A stretch of 59,185 nt of DNA from Perkinsus olseni (Eukaryota): NCBI GenBank assembly GCA_013115125.1, contig JABANN010000158.1:1-59185 (forward strand). Reading direction: 5' to 3'. Below, piece after piece: positions 12,274-25,600 of the stretch (positions within the stretch are counted from its first letter, which is position 1; the number at the start of each line of letters is the position of its first letter). Below the pieces are notes generated by a model. The model saw only the letters and a program-made list of their open reading frames with translations. It ran no database searches and had not been told where the DNA came from. Both the position numbers and the translations under genes were made by a program.

Positions 12274-12682
12274 TCGAGCTGGGCAAGCGTACTGGGATCG
12301 AGGAAAGTACGGTACGGAGTACGTTCCAAACTGAACACGTAGTACGGGTTCGGAGGACTAGTACGGAATTGTATTAAATCTTCCAACTTTTTGTGCTAAA
12401 TGGGCGTAGAGATTGAAGGTTTTAGGAAATACAACGTAAAAGCAACGTAACCTATAGTCGTGCGAGAAGGGCTGGGTTCTACTGAATGGGTAGCATCAGA
12501 ACTCATGTAGTCCATTCATTACACGGCACCGTTGCACATGAGAAAGGCATTAGATTGTGGCTAGAGAACTATACAGACGTAGTACGCCGTACTAGGGAAC
12601 GGCTGCGACGGGTAGTACGGGTACGGAGCCGTACTCGTACCCGTACCGTACCAAAACGTACCCGTACTGCCGCCCACCTCTA
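12274..12682. mobile_element. Non-autonomous hAT-superfamily DNA transposon (MITE), 409 bp
   Basis: Perfect 8-bp TSD CTCTGTAG (12266-12273 and 12683-12690). The 11-bp imperfect TIRs are TCGAGCTGGGC and TAGAGGTGGGC (reverse complement of the right end). GTACG(G) subterminal repeats cluster at both ends. Confidence 0.85.
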
Positions 12683-13276
12683 CTCTGTAGCCCTGGCATC
12701 CAGTGCAATCTGACAGCTCGTCAGGAAGCTTTCCTCAGAAGTACATTCAAACAATTAGCTTCCTTTCGTCCTTGCAGGATCCGCTCATACATCCATGGGT
12801 CTGTGCCTGCCACCGTCACATAGGTTTCCGGGACTGAAAAAGTCCGCCAATCAAGTAGATTTCCCCCCTTCGATTAGCTATCTTCAGCCGGTGCTTTTTT
12901 CTCATTGATAGTCTCTGCCTCCCTACAGGTGAGTCATACTTTGAGGTACCTTCTGAGCCCGAGTATTCACTAGACTTCATCACTTCACCCATGTTGACTC
13001 ACCAGCCAGAGACTGTCAAGAAAGGATTTCTCTTCGAGACTCTCGAAGAGCTGGTTCGTGGGCCTTCGCTGCTAATTCTGGTCCACGAGCGGCAGTCAAC
13101 CATCCTACTAGAAAACTCAACTTTAGTGTGACGGGATGTGAAATGATGGATCATTGCTAATTCATGCATGCCGGTCATATACGTTATCGACTCAGTCGTC
13201 ACCTTCCTCGGAACATTCGTGGTCAGTCAGTCCGTCACCTTCTGAGTCGGTGGTATGTTTGACTACCCAGCTCGTC

Positions 13277-13927
13277 TCAGTTTGGCAGCTTGAACCTAGG
13301 AAGCGCAAAAGCTTGACGTCCCTCGAAGTAGTCTCTGCACGCACAACAGATGATGGATCCCCTGCGCCTACCAGCGGGGCAGCTCGGGTCCCTATCACCA
13401 TGGCTCTCCTCGCCCTCACAGCAAGAACCTCCCTCTTCACACTTCTTGTCACGCATGCGCTTCATTAGAGAGCACGGGCATAACATCACAGTGACTGGAG
13501 CTTGACCCGCGCTTATGTTGCGGACTGTGATGACTCCATCTTCAATAGAACAACCAGTAGGCTCCCCTGACTCCACGTTGCTTGTGTCGACCTTGACAAC
13601 CGACGCCGCCGTCCCTTCTCTCTTCGACGACTCGTCACAGCGGAGCTTGAGGTAGAGCTTCAATCGACGGTCAACTTCTTTTTCTTCCTCGGCTTGTGGC
13701 CGTTCACAACTCAGCGTCACCACATCGGCCCATGATTCCTCGATCAATGGACAACTGTCCCCGTCGTCGTCAACATAGAAGATTCTGAAGTCTTGATGGA
13801 CCAACTCAGGCCACGCAGTTCTAGCAAGTCGGCGGAGATCCTCGACCCGAGGCTCCTCACAGGAAGCGTCCATGCGAGATCTGAAGACCTCCTCCTTGAA
13901 GTGTAGTTTGATGGCGAATGCAACCAT
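13277..13927 (-). CDS. PB1-domain protein (N-terminal PB1 with acidic OPCA motif, Cys-rich C-terminal part)
   Basis: MVAFAIKLHFKEEVFR...FRIFYVDDDGDSCPL matches the PB1 pattern: conserved N-terminal Lys plus YxDxDGD. Confidence 0.75.
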   Translation of the reverse strand: MVAFAIKLHFKEEVFRSRMDASCEEPRVEDLRRLARTAWPELVHQDFRIFYVDDDGDSCPLIEESWADVVTLSCERPQAEEEKEVDRRLKLYLKLRCDESSKREGTAASVVKVDTSNVESGEPTGCSIEDGVITVRNISAGQAPVTVMLCPCSLMKRMRDKKCEEGGSCCEGEESHGDRDPSCPAGRRRGSIICCACRDYFEGRQAFALPRFKLPN

Positions 13928-14680
13928 TTATAAGGCCCGAGTTTGAAGCTTAGAATGCAGGCTCTCAAAGGTCGGACAATCGGACGCTGACTGCGCCATT
14001 TTCGAAGTTCGATATTTCCCGAACAGACCTGCCTGGCGCGTCGTGATTACTCGAGCATGGCATGCTGCAGTAGTCGTTCGAATATGACTCCTTCCTGGGG
14101 GCATCATCCGAGGAGCACCCGGCGCCTCGCTGCACGTCCTATGCTAAGGCGCACCCGAGGTTCCGTGCTGGCAGTTTCAGGTTCGAAAAACTGAAACGGC
14201 TGGCGCGGTTCGTTGCGCGCCCCATGGAGGCTCGCCACCCTCCCATATACCACGCGGCGGAAGAGCACTGCTAGAGTACGATCGTGGAACGGTTATTGAT
14301 GATACACTTCCTTCAACAACTGAGATGATCGGGGTCATGCAAGCCGCGTGTCGTATTTGCGACGTGCAGCCTGCATGACGCGCTTCTGCGGTCATCGCAA
14401 GCGTCTAGTACTACTATAGGACACAACAATACGATCAAGACAGATGAGAAAATATTTGGGTCCAGCAGGACGCTGCAGCAAACTATCATCAATTAAAGGG
14501 AAACAAGAGAGGCATCATGGCGTTCTGGTGGACGGACTGCACGTCACGGGTACATCCAAGACGGTGCCGTTCAGAATTCATTACTCGAGCGCGGGCCGAA
14601 GTGGCCGCCAGTTCCAAAGAAAGAGGTTATATAGAGAAATGACAAGCTAGACGAAACTATCCACTTCAATCAACAATAAT

Positions 14681-16210
14681 TCACCACGATGCAAAAGGAT
14701 CTTCCGCGGCGGTGACGATAGGGGCAAGGTCGGCTGAGTCCGGGTAGTCCTCGAAGTTGGAAGTATCAATACTCGACTTCACCGTCGGTTTGTAAGGCGA
14801 CGCGATCTCTTTCCTGTAGAGAGCCTCCCAGGAGATGCCTGCTCACAGACACACATAACACCCACGGAAAGCACGGGATCAACTGTCAATAGGACTGGTC
14901 CAGTCACGTGTTTCTGATAAGCGGCGATCGCGTAGAGGACTACTGATAGGGCAACTCACTTGAGAACCACTTGCACTTCTTGATGTCATCTACGCCGCCC
15001 CTCAGCGTGCCATAGCGTTTAGCTGCAGAACAATCAATCGACCTACAACAGCATCCTTCGACCAGGCCCTACTCAAGTCCGCGGTCAGGATCTTTTTCAC
15101 CAGTGACTTGGCGTGTTTGTCGAAAGATCGAGGAAAGACTATCTTGCCCGCGAGAATCTTCTGGTAGATACCTACTCAGCCAAATCAGCAGCCATACCAC
15201 AGCGCGAGCCTTACCCATCGGGTCCTCATCAACGAAAGGCGGATATCCAACCATCATCTCATAAGTCAAGATTCCTAGCGTCCACCAGTCCACAGCCTTC
15301 CCATGGCCCTGAGCAACGCTGTCCTCCCGTCGCTGAGGAAGGGGTTTCGATCACTTTATTCAACAGCACTTCGGGAGCAATGTACTCGGGCGTCCCACAG
15401 AGCGTATACGTGCGCTGCTCCACGATCTGACGACAACGGACAAGGACAACATCCGTACGGTCATTCTCACTTTGGCGAATCCAAAATCGGTGAGCTTGAG
15501 ATAGCCGTCCGCGCCGAGGAGAATGTTCTCCGGTTTCAGGTCTCGGTAGACGATGTTTCTAGAGTGCAGGTACTCGAAGATGCTCACAATTTGAGCCGCG
15601 TAAAACCGGGTAGCGTCGTTCCCGAACCGCCCGACTTTGCGTAGATGGGTGAAGAACTCGCCACCTACGACGTATCTGAGGACGCAGGCTAGAGCTAAGG
15701 ATAACTGATCAAGATATGCCGTCCTCACTCGAGGGCGAGGTAAAGGTGTCGTTCATCGTGGAACGAACCGTAAAGGTTGACTATCATCGGATGATGAATC
15801 GCCTTGAGGATAGTCTTCTCCGAGTTGATATGATCCACCTGACAGACATTCTCCGTTAACTCATCATAAAGCGGAACGAACCGAGCTGCTTCGTCTCAGA
15901 TTCCCGAGAACATATCGGCCGCGTCCGAGTCTCATGCCAAGGCCAGGCAGCTCCCTACTTGTTTGAGCTTAATTATCGCGGCCTTTTTAAGTATCTTCAA
16001 TGCGTAGTGCTTCCCAGTCGCTCTGTGCGTCACGAAGCGGACCCTCCCAAAGGACCCTGTGCCCAACGTTTTGCCCAGATCGAAGCTCTCCGGTATGCAG
16101 GAATCCAATACACAGCACTCCGCAGCTGGGGGACCAAGCGGCTGTTGGACCGACCCCACGGCCATGCTCGACAAGCTCATCACCGATACCGGGCCTTCGG
16201 CGTTGGGCAT
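14681..16210 (-). CDS. PKAC: cAMP-dependent protein kinase catalytic subunit (about 8 exons)
   Basis: Motifs [74 protein letters not shown] and C-terminal DPFASW* (TGA 14683-14681), joined by GT-AG introns. Confidence 0.95.
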
Positions 16211-16616
16211 CCGTCAGAGAAGATGTCACGCAAAGCTGAAGACCGTAGGGCTGGGTAGACCTCACAAAGAAGTAATGAAAGTCGACCTTTCTCTGGGACA
16301 GCGGAGGAATACGCGCGCAACAAGATGCGATCCCCCAATTGCCACCAATAGCGGAATCGCAAGCGAGCACTACCGATGGAACCACCAGCATCATCACCGG
16401 TTTCGAATGATACTCCTCGCTACCACCTTCTAGAGCCCATCTGGATGCTAACCCGACTTGCGCACAGCGGCGGTACGACAATCCCCTGAGTGCCGCGCCC
16501 ATAAGTTCTCTTTTCGCACACTCTGACGTGATTCAGCAAAAAAACCATTGATCGATGACAAACGCAACAGTGCCGGCTCTTCACTCAAGGCTTCACCGCA
16601 TGACATGGCCGGAATA

Positions 16617-19600
16617 TCATCTCTGACTAGGGCAACAATTATACACACACCCAGCGCTGGACGGGTCGCACTCCAATAACGAGGCGGCGCCGTAACCGCA
16701 GGCGTTCTCGGCCTGCGCAGTGAATGTTACATTCGCCGACACCGAGGGTCGCGGCCATTGGTGGTACGCGGTCGTGCCTGAGACCGGTAGCTCCTTTCGT
16801 GTCGGCAAGAAGACGCTTACTGTTGGTGCTGGTGCATTGAGCCACGCTGGTGCTGCAAATCTTATAGCCGCTTATGAAGGACCCACCCGCACTGGCTGGC
16901 GGAGACCAGCTCACGGCGATGAACGTACCCGTCTGAGGAGAATCATGACCGAATTGCAGTGGAGCAGGCCGGCCCGGGAGACTACCGTAATGTTGAAATT
17001 GGTGGGCGCTGAAGGCAGATCGCAACTGGTGGCCGAGAAGGCGGTGCTGAACTCCGACCAATCCTGTCGTCTGTTCCGTGCCCTCGCTCTGAACTGCCAC
17101 GTTACTCCGCTGGTCAAGTTAACCTGCAATACACCCAGCTTAACACACAGCAGTGGCCACAATCACCGCTCTACCTCAACCCACGGGTCTGTACCATTAT
17201 ACAGAATCTGGTAAGACGTGTCATTGACCCCACCCTGTAGCTGATACCTGCACCCACAACGGCCTCACGGAGATGAGGAAAACCTGGCTGGCACTACTCG
17301 ATGTTCGCCTGGTCGTCTCCGCCAGTATCAAACACTTCGCTCCACCGAAGCTTGATGGTGCCGGCACGCGGCCAGTCCGTGTCATTGCGCCAGATGGTAG
17401 CGGCAACTCCTACGCGGTACACTTTCACTCAGCAGCAGAGGGGCGGATACGCCCACCGTATGAAGGTCGATCCAGCGTCCATCCAGAGAGGTCAAGGTGA
17501 TTATCGTAGTCACTAATCAAGGCCTTGGACGGCTCACTGCAGTCGGATACCCACCTAAAGACATCAACACCTGACCGCACAGGGATCGATACCAGCAGCA
17601 TCACCCGAGAGAGTTTTCCGCCATCACGCACAGTTGGTACTGCTTCTTAGGCGCTAGGCTCGGCACCTCAACTGTGGTGATGTTGATCTGAGACGTGAAC
17701 ACCATGCCCGAAGGGGACGAGGCAATTTCCCAGGACAAGGTCACAACCCTGCGGGCTACACGAACTACGGCACGCCCGGGCTGTAAGTGATAAAAGCTGC
17801 GCCTGGGTGAAAGGGACCCGGACCATTGAAGTAAGCATCTTACATCAGAGGGGGGCGGGCTGCCGATGCTGCCCATCCATGTATTAGCCATACCCACTCC
17901 CACTTCCCACAGCTTGAACCGATACCTTCTCAGTGGTATACCTGACCAAGCTCGGTCAGCAGCAGCAGCAGCAGAATTACCCCCGGACGCCCACCATTAG
18001 AGACCGCGGCCGTCCACTGATACCGCAGCGTACTGCTGTTGCTTGCAAGAGTGTTAATGGGCTGTGTGGGGACCCCGGGAGAGCTGCCAGCCGTGAAGGT
18101 AACGATGTCACTGAGGGGCCCTTCCCCAATAGTGTTCACAGCCGATATACGGATCTGATAGTCCGTACCGCTGACGAGCCCAGTGAGGGTACAAGAGGTC
18201 GGATCTGTCAGCATCGAAAAGATGATATCAGCATCATCGCCTAGCCCAGACCGAGATCATCACATGGAATGAGGTCCCTTCCACAAGTCAAGTCTGGCGT
18301 GGCAACGTCGATGGCTGTGGTCGGGCCAGTGTTGCGATACACTCGGTAGCCCACAACTGTGCCGTTGTTCATGGCTGGCTGAGTCCAGTTGAGGCCAATC
18401 GTCGTATTCGAGGACGACAAACCGGCAATCTGCCATAACGCAAACCCTCAAGAGTCGACTACTGCTGTCCCTCCTACCTGACTGGGTACTGCCATCTTCT
18501 CGGGCACGCTGGCACAGCTCAGCGTGACTGAGGCGGAATCTCGGTAACCCTTCGTACTGTACACTCGCAGGTAGTAGGATATCTGATCAAACCAGACAAG
18601 TCCAAATCTGTGGACTCAACCGAAATTCCGGTAAGCTTCGAAAGAATAAAAAGAAGCGCTTGGAGACACCCATCACGAGCTGAAAGCGGGCAGACCACCG
18701 AGTACTGCATACTGCTGCGCAGCCGTACGTTTAAGTTTACGCCGTAGGTTCCCTCAGAAATGCATACAATCAACATAACCCTAGTCAAGTTAAGAGCCTC
18801 GGAAGAGGTAGTAGCCAGGCACCCACGGCTGGATAGAAACTCAATCGCCCTTAGTCTCAGCATCACCATCGCTATAGCCCTGGGTGTGGCCTACCTGCAG
18901 AGTAGCGCTCTGCCGACAGTCCATGTAGTGCTGCATCGCCCAGGACGCTGTTAGACTCGAATCGAAGGGGCTTGTGAGGTTGAGTCCAGGTGGATCCAAG
19001 TAGGGATAGACACTTTGCCAGGTGAGACCCGAGTGTTGGGCGAAGAGGCGGAAGCCTGTGATGGGACAGCCGTAGCTGACCGGTGCCAACCACCCGATCA
19101 GGTTGTGTGTGGCATTGCCATCAGCACGGAATGGAGGATCGGGCTGCTCCATCTGCTTGCAAGCACGCACCTGTCACGAAGATGTAGGAGCCAGGGATCG
19201 AACCCGCGACCTCCCTCTACCTCAACAATCTCGCTCCTGTTCCCTTCTGCAGCTGCGCTCTTCACAGCAACTTGGAAGTAGTAAGCCCGGCCAGCCACTA
19301 TACCGGTGGTAACCCTGTACGTCCTGGCTGCAGTGTTCAACACTTCGTCGTAGAGGCTCAGGCTCAGGTTGCTCGAACCCATGTAGATCAGAGTCGACTT
19401 CAACGGGGCGCCGTAAGTCAAACTGTTGTTCGGCACGGTCCACTTGATACCGACAGAGGTATCGCCTGATAGACAATGATGCTATCAACATTATAGTCAA
19501 TATAGACATAAATAAATAGTCATTATACGACACTGACCACCATCTACCGCACGCACTAGCAGTAAAGGGGAACTCACTCGTCGCGTCCTCGTCCTCCTCC

Positions 19601-22600
19601 ACCACTGGTGGCTGTGGTCTCTCAGAGCACCAGACTCGACTGACTGGGGAGTAGAAGCCTGGACCTCCCCCATTCAGTGCGGCAACCTGAAAGCCTCCCG
19701 CTTCGCCCCGGCGAGGGCGGGCAGGCCTACCTTGACATAGGTGTAATTGTTGTGGAGGTTATAAGTAGTGTTAGCCGCATCTCTGACGAACATACAGTCG
19801 AAGGAGAAGTATCGCGAGTATGCCGGGACGGCCAGGGGGTAACCCATGTTGTCTGGGGTAATGCCGGTGGAGACCTGTACACAGTGGCAGCTAACCCGAT
19901 AGCAGGAGGGAAGTAGGATCTCACATGCCAGCCTATAATCGAGCTGCCGCCATTGTCACCCGACCAGGTCCAAGTGACGGTCATGGTGGTACCAGCAACG
20001 GTGTAGTTGTAGTAGGTCGGGGCACTGGGAGCAGAGGGCATCGCTGCCGCCAAGTGGCTGGCTATTGGTGAGCTCAAACTGGTGCCCGTCTCACTCACAA
20101 CTCTGTAACGGGTCCGATACGTTCGACCTGATCAGAGACCAACCACCTTCATTCCCACTAACGGCCCTTTTCACGCGGATGGCAGCACAGCGGGCCGAAC
20201 CGGTATAGCCCCACTCTACCCGTAGTGAGACCTTCTATCGTGTAAGACCGCTGCGTAGCAGACCCTATCTTGACGGTGGTGTACAGACCATTGAGACCAT
20301 CATCATAGTCCACCTCGAAGCCTCTGACGGAGGCGCCATGAAGGCCCCCAGGCGATGGCCACTCGAGTCTCATCGAGGTCTTCGAAGAATACAACCGATC
20401 CACGGACAGGCCGGTCGTCGGGGTATCGGGCTTGTCCGAGCATCTGACAACGCAGGTAGACTTATTAGTATCAAATACTGAGTGTACCGATCTGAAGTTA
20501 CTGCAGTGTATCTATCAACACATAGGCTACTGCTAGTTCTAGGTAGTTTACCAGTCTGGTAAGCACCAGTAGCCTAGTAGTGCTATTGCTATATCGATGA
20601 TGGGTCTAAATACGCGCCCTACTGATATGATAGAAGACGACCCAGAGCCCACACAGTTCCAGATCTCAAATCTCACCTCCACTTGATATGATCGCTCCTA
20701 GCCGAGGTTCCTGCAATGTTGGCAGCCGACACCGCCAGGCAAAGATACCCCTGACTGAAGGAGCCAACCAGGCCACTGATTGTTGTGCAGTCCAGGGTGT
20801 GATTGAGCACTCCGCCAGAAGCGAAGACCGTCGCCTGGGCAATGCCGGGCCAGCTGTTGCAGTACACGTCCCCCGTGGCGTGGATGTAATAATAGTTCAC
20901 CTTCGCTCCGCCGTCCGAGACACCGTTCATGTCCCACGACAGGCTGATAGAAGCATCGGTGGAGTTGATGACAGTGAGGCCGATCGGAGCCCCCGGGGGG
21001 TCGGCCGCAGAGATGTTGACGACATTAGACTCGGCGCCCACTCCCGACTCAGAAATCGCCTGGACTTTGAAGAGGTAGAAAGCACCGGCAGTAAGGCCGC
21101 TGGCTGTGAACTCGAGCTGGCTGCCGTCGTTAATGTGATGCTGCGTGAAGGGACCTCCAACGCCGTTGTCAACATAAACGATCCAGCCGACCAGACTGCA
21201 GGAGTGAAGACCGGCAGTTGAGATGGAATAGCTGACTGTGATAGAGTCGGCGCTGCGACTAACCCTATGTGGTGGTGACGGTTGATCCGGCGTGTCACAG
21301 CACCGCGTTGTGACCACATCACTTCGGGCGGACTCACCTGAAAAGAAAGATACTCATCATCGCTGATCGCAGGATACCACGATTGAGCAGCCCAAATACG
21401 ACGAGGCCTCTGAGACTTCACGCATGTGAAGGGTCTAGTATTGATTGCATGTAAAGGGGCCTACCTGCTAAGTTGGTAGCTGTTACGTAGAAGTAAACAT
21501 ACTGTGCTTGCGTGCAGCTGGTAGCGAGGACCAGGATATTGGGAGCGATCGAGGAGGACGCCGTCGACCAAGTGACGCCGAAGTCAGTAGACTTGTAAAC
21601 AGCGTTTGAAGTAACCGGCGACCCGCCGTTGTAACCCGTGTTATTCCACCCGATCGTCACCGATGTATCGCCAACGCTCATAACCCTGACGTTTCTAGGA
21701 GCCTCCGGCACAGCAGCCGCCACAACAGAAACCGTGGGAGACCAGCCGCTACTGCCAGATTCCGTCCGAAGTTGGTACGAAACCAAGTACGTGAGACCGG
21801 CTTGCAGCGAGGTGAACTGATGCGTGGTCTGCACAGTACTATCGATATCGACACAGGACTTGTCCGCAGTGTTGCTGTCATCATCGTCGATACAAACTGC
21901 GATGCCAAGGTACTTGGCGCCGTAGAGGTCCGCAGTGGCGTGAGGGAGACTCCAACCCACAGTGATAGCAGTGGCTGAGGTAGAGACTAAAGTGGGCGCA
22001 GTCGACGGCGTACGAGGAGGTCCACTGCAGTGGACAGCAACCTAAAACGATGACCATACATCACGACAGGCAACAACTCTACGCGCTGTGAACTCACCGG
22101 TGGACTCTGGGCGCTGACCCCCGCCATGTTCTGTGCCGCTACTGCGAACCAAACGTATAGCATGGAGCTTGCCACCCCACCTACAACAGCGCAGGACTGC
22201 ACGTGCGTCCGACCCGAAAAGTTAGTCGCCGCGCCGTCGATGGTGGTAGAATGGTTGAAGCTGCTGCCATCAGTGCTCGTGTAGACCAACCAGGCCGTGA
22301 TGGGACTGCCACCGTCCACACCATCATGGTCCCACTCGACGGTGATGGCGTCATTGGTAGTGTCCGTAGCATGAAGGTTAGTCGGGGCCGTTGGAGCATC
22401 AGCTGCAGTCGCCGCCTCGGACACTGGGCTGCCACTAGAGCATCCCACCACGCTGCAAATCTCCACATATGCTCGGTAGCTGTGACCACGGACCACTCCC
22501 GTGGGGGTCCGCAACCACGCTGTGCTTGTGTCGTACACTCTGAAGACTGTATACTCAGCATCATCATCGTCAAGGTCGTCAATAGAAACCGTCCAGCCTG

Positions 22601-25600
22601 TATGAGCCACACTGTGCAGCTCCGCCACCGACGGGGACGGCAGGTTCACCGTCAAGAGACTGCCAGTCGCGGTGATGTTCGGAGCAGTAGCCGGTGTGTC
22701 AGGCTCAGCCGCACAGTAGGTCCCCAAGGCCCCCGAGTAAGGGCCCATGGGGTCCGAGCCATACGCCCCGCCAACCCCATTGCTGGCAGCGACCTTGACC
22801 ATTATGTAGCTAGCAGCAGTGCAGCTTATCGTCTGTGTTAACGTACTCGCTGCGACCGTCGAGTCGAGGCTGTAAGAGCCACCGCTGTCGACCGAAGTGT
22901 ACACGAAGAACTTTTGTATCGGCACTCCCCCGTTGCTTCCCGGGAACGTCCAGGCTACAGTCACGCTACCGTCAGTCGAAGTGCTCAGCACGGGCGCCGA
23001 GGGAGCGTCAGGCACGCCACCACACGCTAAGTCAAGGTGGCTGCTGTAGCCACCACAGCCATTCAGGCTGCATGCCCGGACCTTTACTCGGTATACATTG
23101 GCCGACGTCAGTCCACTGAGGACAGCTGACTGGCCGCTGCCGCTGATGATTAGCTTGTGCTCGACGGAAGGGTCCGAGGTGAGATCGATGTACACGACCT
23201 CAAAAGACACGACCGGGGCCGAGTTGGCCGCTGGCACCGCTGAACTCCACTCAATCTCAAGAGTCGTAGCGGTACCTCCGGCGAACTGCAATGACGATGG
23301 TGCAGTGGGAAGGTCCGAGACCATCAGCCTAGCAGTCGGGCTGGGAGCGCTCCAACCATTGACGTTAAAAGCGCGCGCCCTGATGCAGTAGACGACGCCT
23401 GCGGATAGTTGAGGGTAGTTGGTAGTAGTGAGCGCTAAGCTTCCGGCCAAACGAGCTGATATGAAGGTGTCGTTGCCGGCTACATTGCACGGGCGAATCA
23501 AGATTTGGTACTCGAGAACAGGCAGGCTGGAGGACTCTGCCGTGCCGTGGGCTACTGAGAGGCTGAGCGATGGTGTGACCTGGCCACTGATGAAGGTAGG
23601 GGCGGTTGGTATTGCACCAGGCGGCGAGCCCGCAGTGAAGGTGACGTTGGCCTCGGGGGCAAAGCTGGCATATGCGCCGTTGTACGCAACGACCTTGAAG
23701 GTGTAGCTGTGGCCGGGTCCAAGGCCTGTATGGACGTAGGAGATTACGCTTGGGCCGACCGTCTTGACGACGGTGAAGGGACCGCCGGAACCCTCGCGAA
23801 GCGACACTTCATACCTGCCGAACAGGGATTGAACAAGACGTGGGAGACGAGTAACACTAGACGGCAAGTGGCTGCTGCTCCTGGAAGGCACGCAGCGAGA
23901 CGGAACCCAGGAGGCCACTGAGTGGGCCAGTAATACTACCACAACTAATCTTCGATCACACGGGAGTTCTACCGATCACGAGTATCCAGCAGGCAAATTT
24001 GCGTCGAGTACGGCTAAGAGCTTCTCACCTGTCTAGCAGACAACCACTGCCCCCTGTTGAGCCGCTGGGTGTCCACGATATCCTCGCCGTGGTATCAGTC
24101 CGTTCGCTCGCAGTGACGCTATCGGGAGGGGATGGAGGCCCGCAGACTTGATAGTTCAACACAGGAGAGCTAGCGCCAGCACCAACTGCGTTCACGGCTT
24201 CGACGACGAACCTGACAATATACATCCGCATTGAAAGCCTCCAGTGATGCAAGCCCACCTGTAGTGCTTGCCTACGGTAAGGCCACTGCCGACCACCGTA
24301 GTGAGATCCGTCCCTCCGCTGTAAACACTGGTGGTGATATCGCCGAGGTTACCGTCATCCCTATACACTCGGTACTCCGTCAAAGCCATGCCTCCAGTAC
24401 TGTCAGGGGCAGTCCAGTGTAACTCTACAGCGCTGTCGGCTCCCGTCGGGGGTCCCACACTAGGCCGGGCCATCCTACCCGGAGCTACGCAGCAAGTCAC
24501 CGTGATGTACTGGTCCTTACTACTCTCCCCTACAGCATTGACAGCAGTGGCTCCGAATCTGTACGTCTCCGATGGCGTCAGGCCGGTGACCACAAAATCA
24601 GCAGCCGATGGATCCGAGCCGTCATATACCAGCACGTCCAAAGCCGTCGCCAAACCGCCTGCCGATCGATACAACTTGAAACCGGTCACGGGCAGGCCAG
24701 CGCTCGGCGCCATGACCGCTATAGTAGCGTTATAGACCCATCGAACCCTGACCGCCGAATCACCGAGGCGATCACTACTGTCGGCGTAGATGTCCAGCGT
24801 GTAGGGCTGCTGTGGCGCTGAGGCAGCGTGGATGTAGGACACAGGTGACCAACAACAGTCCACTACGTCGGCCAAGGCATTAGTCAGGGTTATATTATTG
24901 ACGCCTCGAACCCGGAAGCCATAGCGCAACCCCGGGGTGAGACCAGCCACGGGGGAGGTCAGCGTGGTCGGGCTCGCTACGGTGGTCCACTGGGAGCCTC
25001 CAAGTCCATCGTCCCGTTGAAGTTGGTAGTTCAAAATCGGCGACCCTCCAGTGGAGTTACTCGCCGTCCACTGTACCTCCATATACGTATCATTGCTGCT
25101 TACCCATTGGACAGGCCCAGGAGCACTGGGAACGCCAGCCGCGCGCGCCCAGATGATCGATGATGGAAGGCCCACTATAGAGGTATTCGCCGTCTGCTGT
25201 GTCTGGAAGTTGGCGCTCCTCACCTTAAGACAGTAGCCACCGGTGTCCCCTGCGTTGTAGTGGTAGCTTCTCACGTCCCCAACGACCTCCCCTACGACAT
25301 AGTAGGTCACCGAGTCGCACCAGTAAGATGCCTCCGACGCAGCGGCAAGGATTTGATAGCCGAGAATCGGACAAGCACTAGTCACCATCGTAGGAGGACT
25401 CCACGCCAGGGTGATTTGTCCAGATTCCCGCTGGCTCGGAGCAACATCGACCGGCGGTGGCGGCAGCTCGCATGCTCTGTACGTGGCTGTAGAGCCCCGG
25501 GCGCTCTCACCTACCACATTAACCACACCCATCTGGAAGCGATACTCGAATCCACCGCTGAGCCCGGCAGCGATGCACAGCGTAGGCGTTAGCGAGTCAC

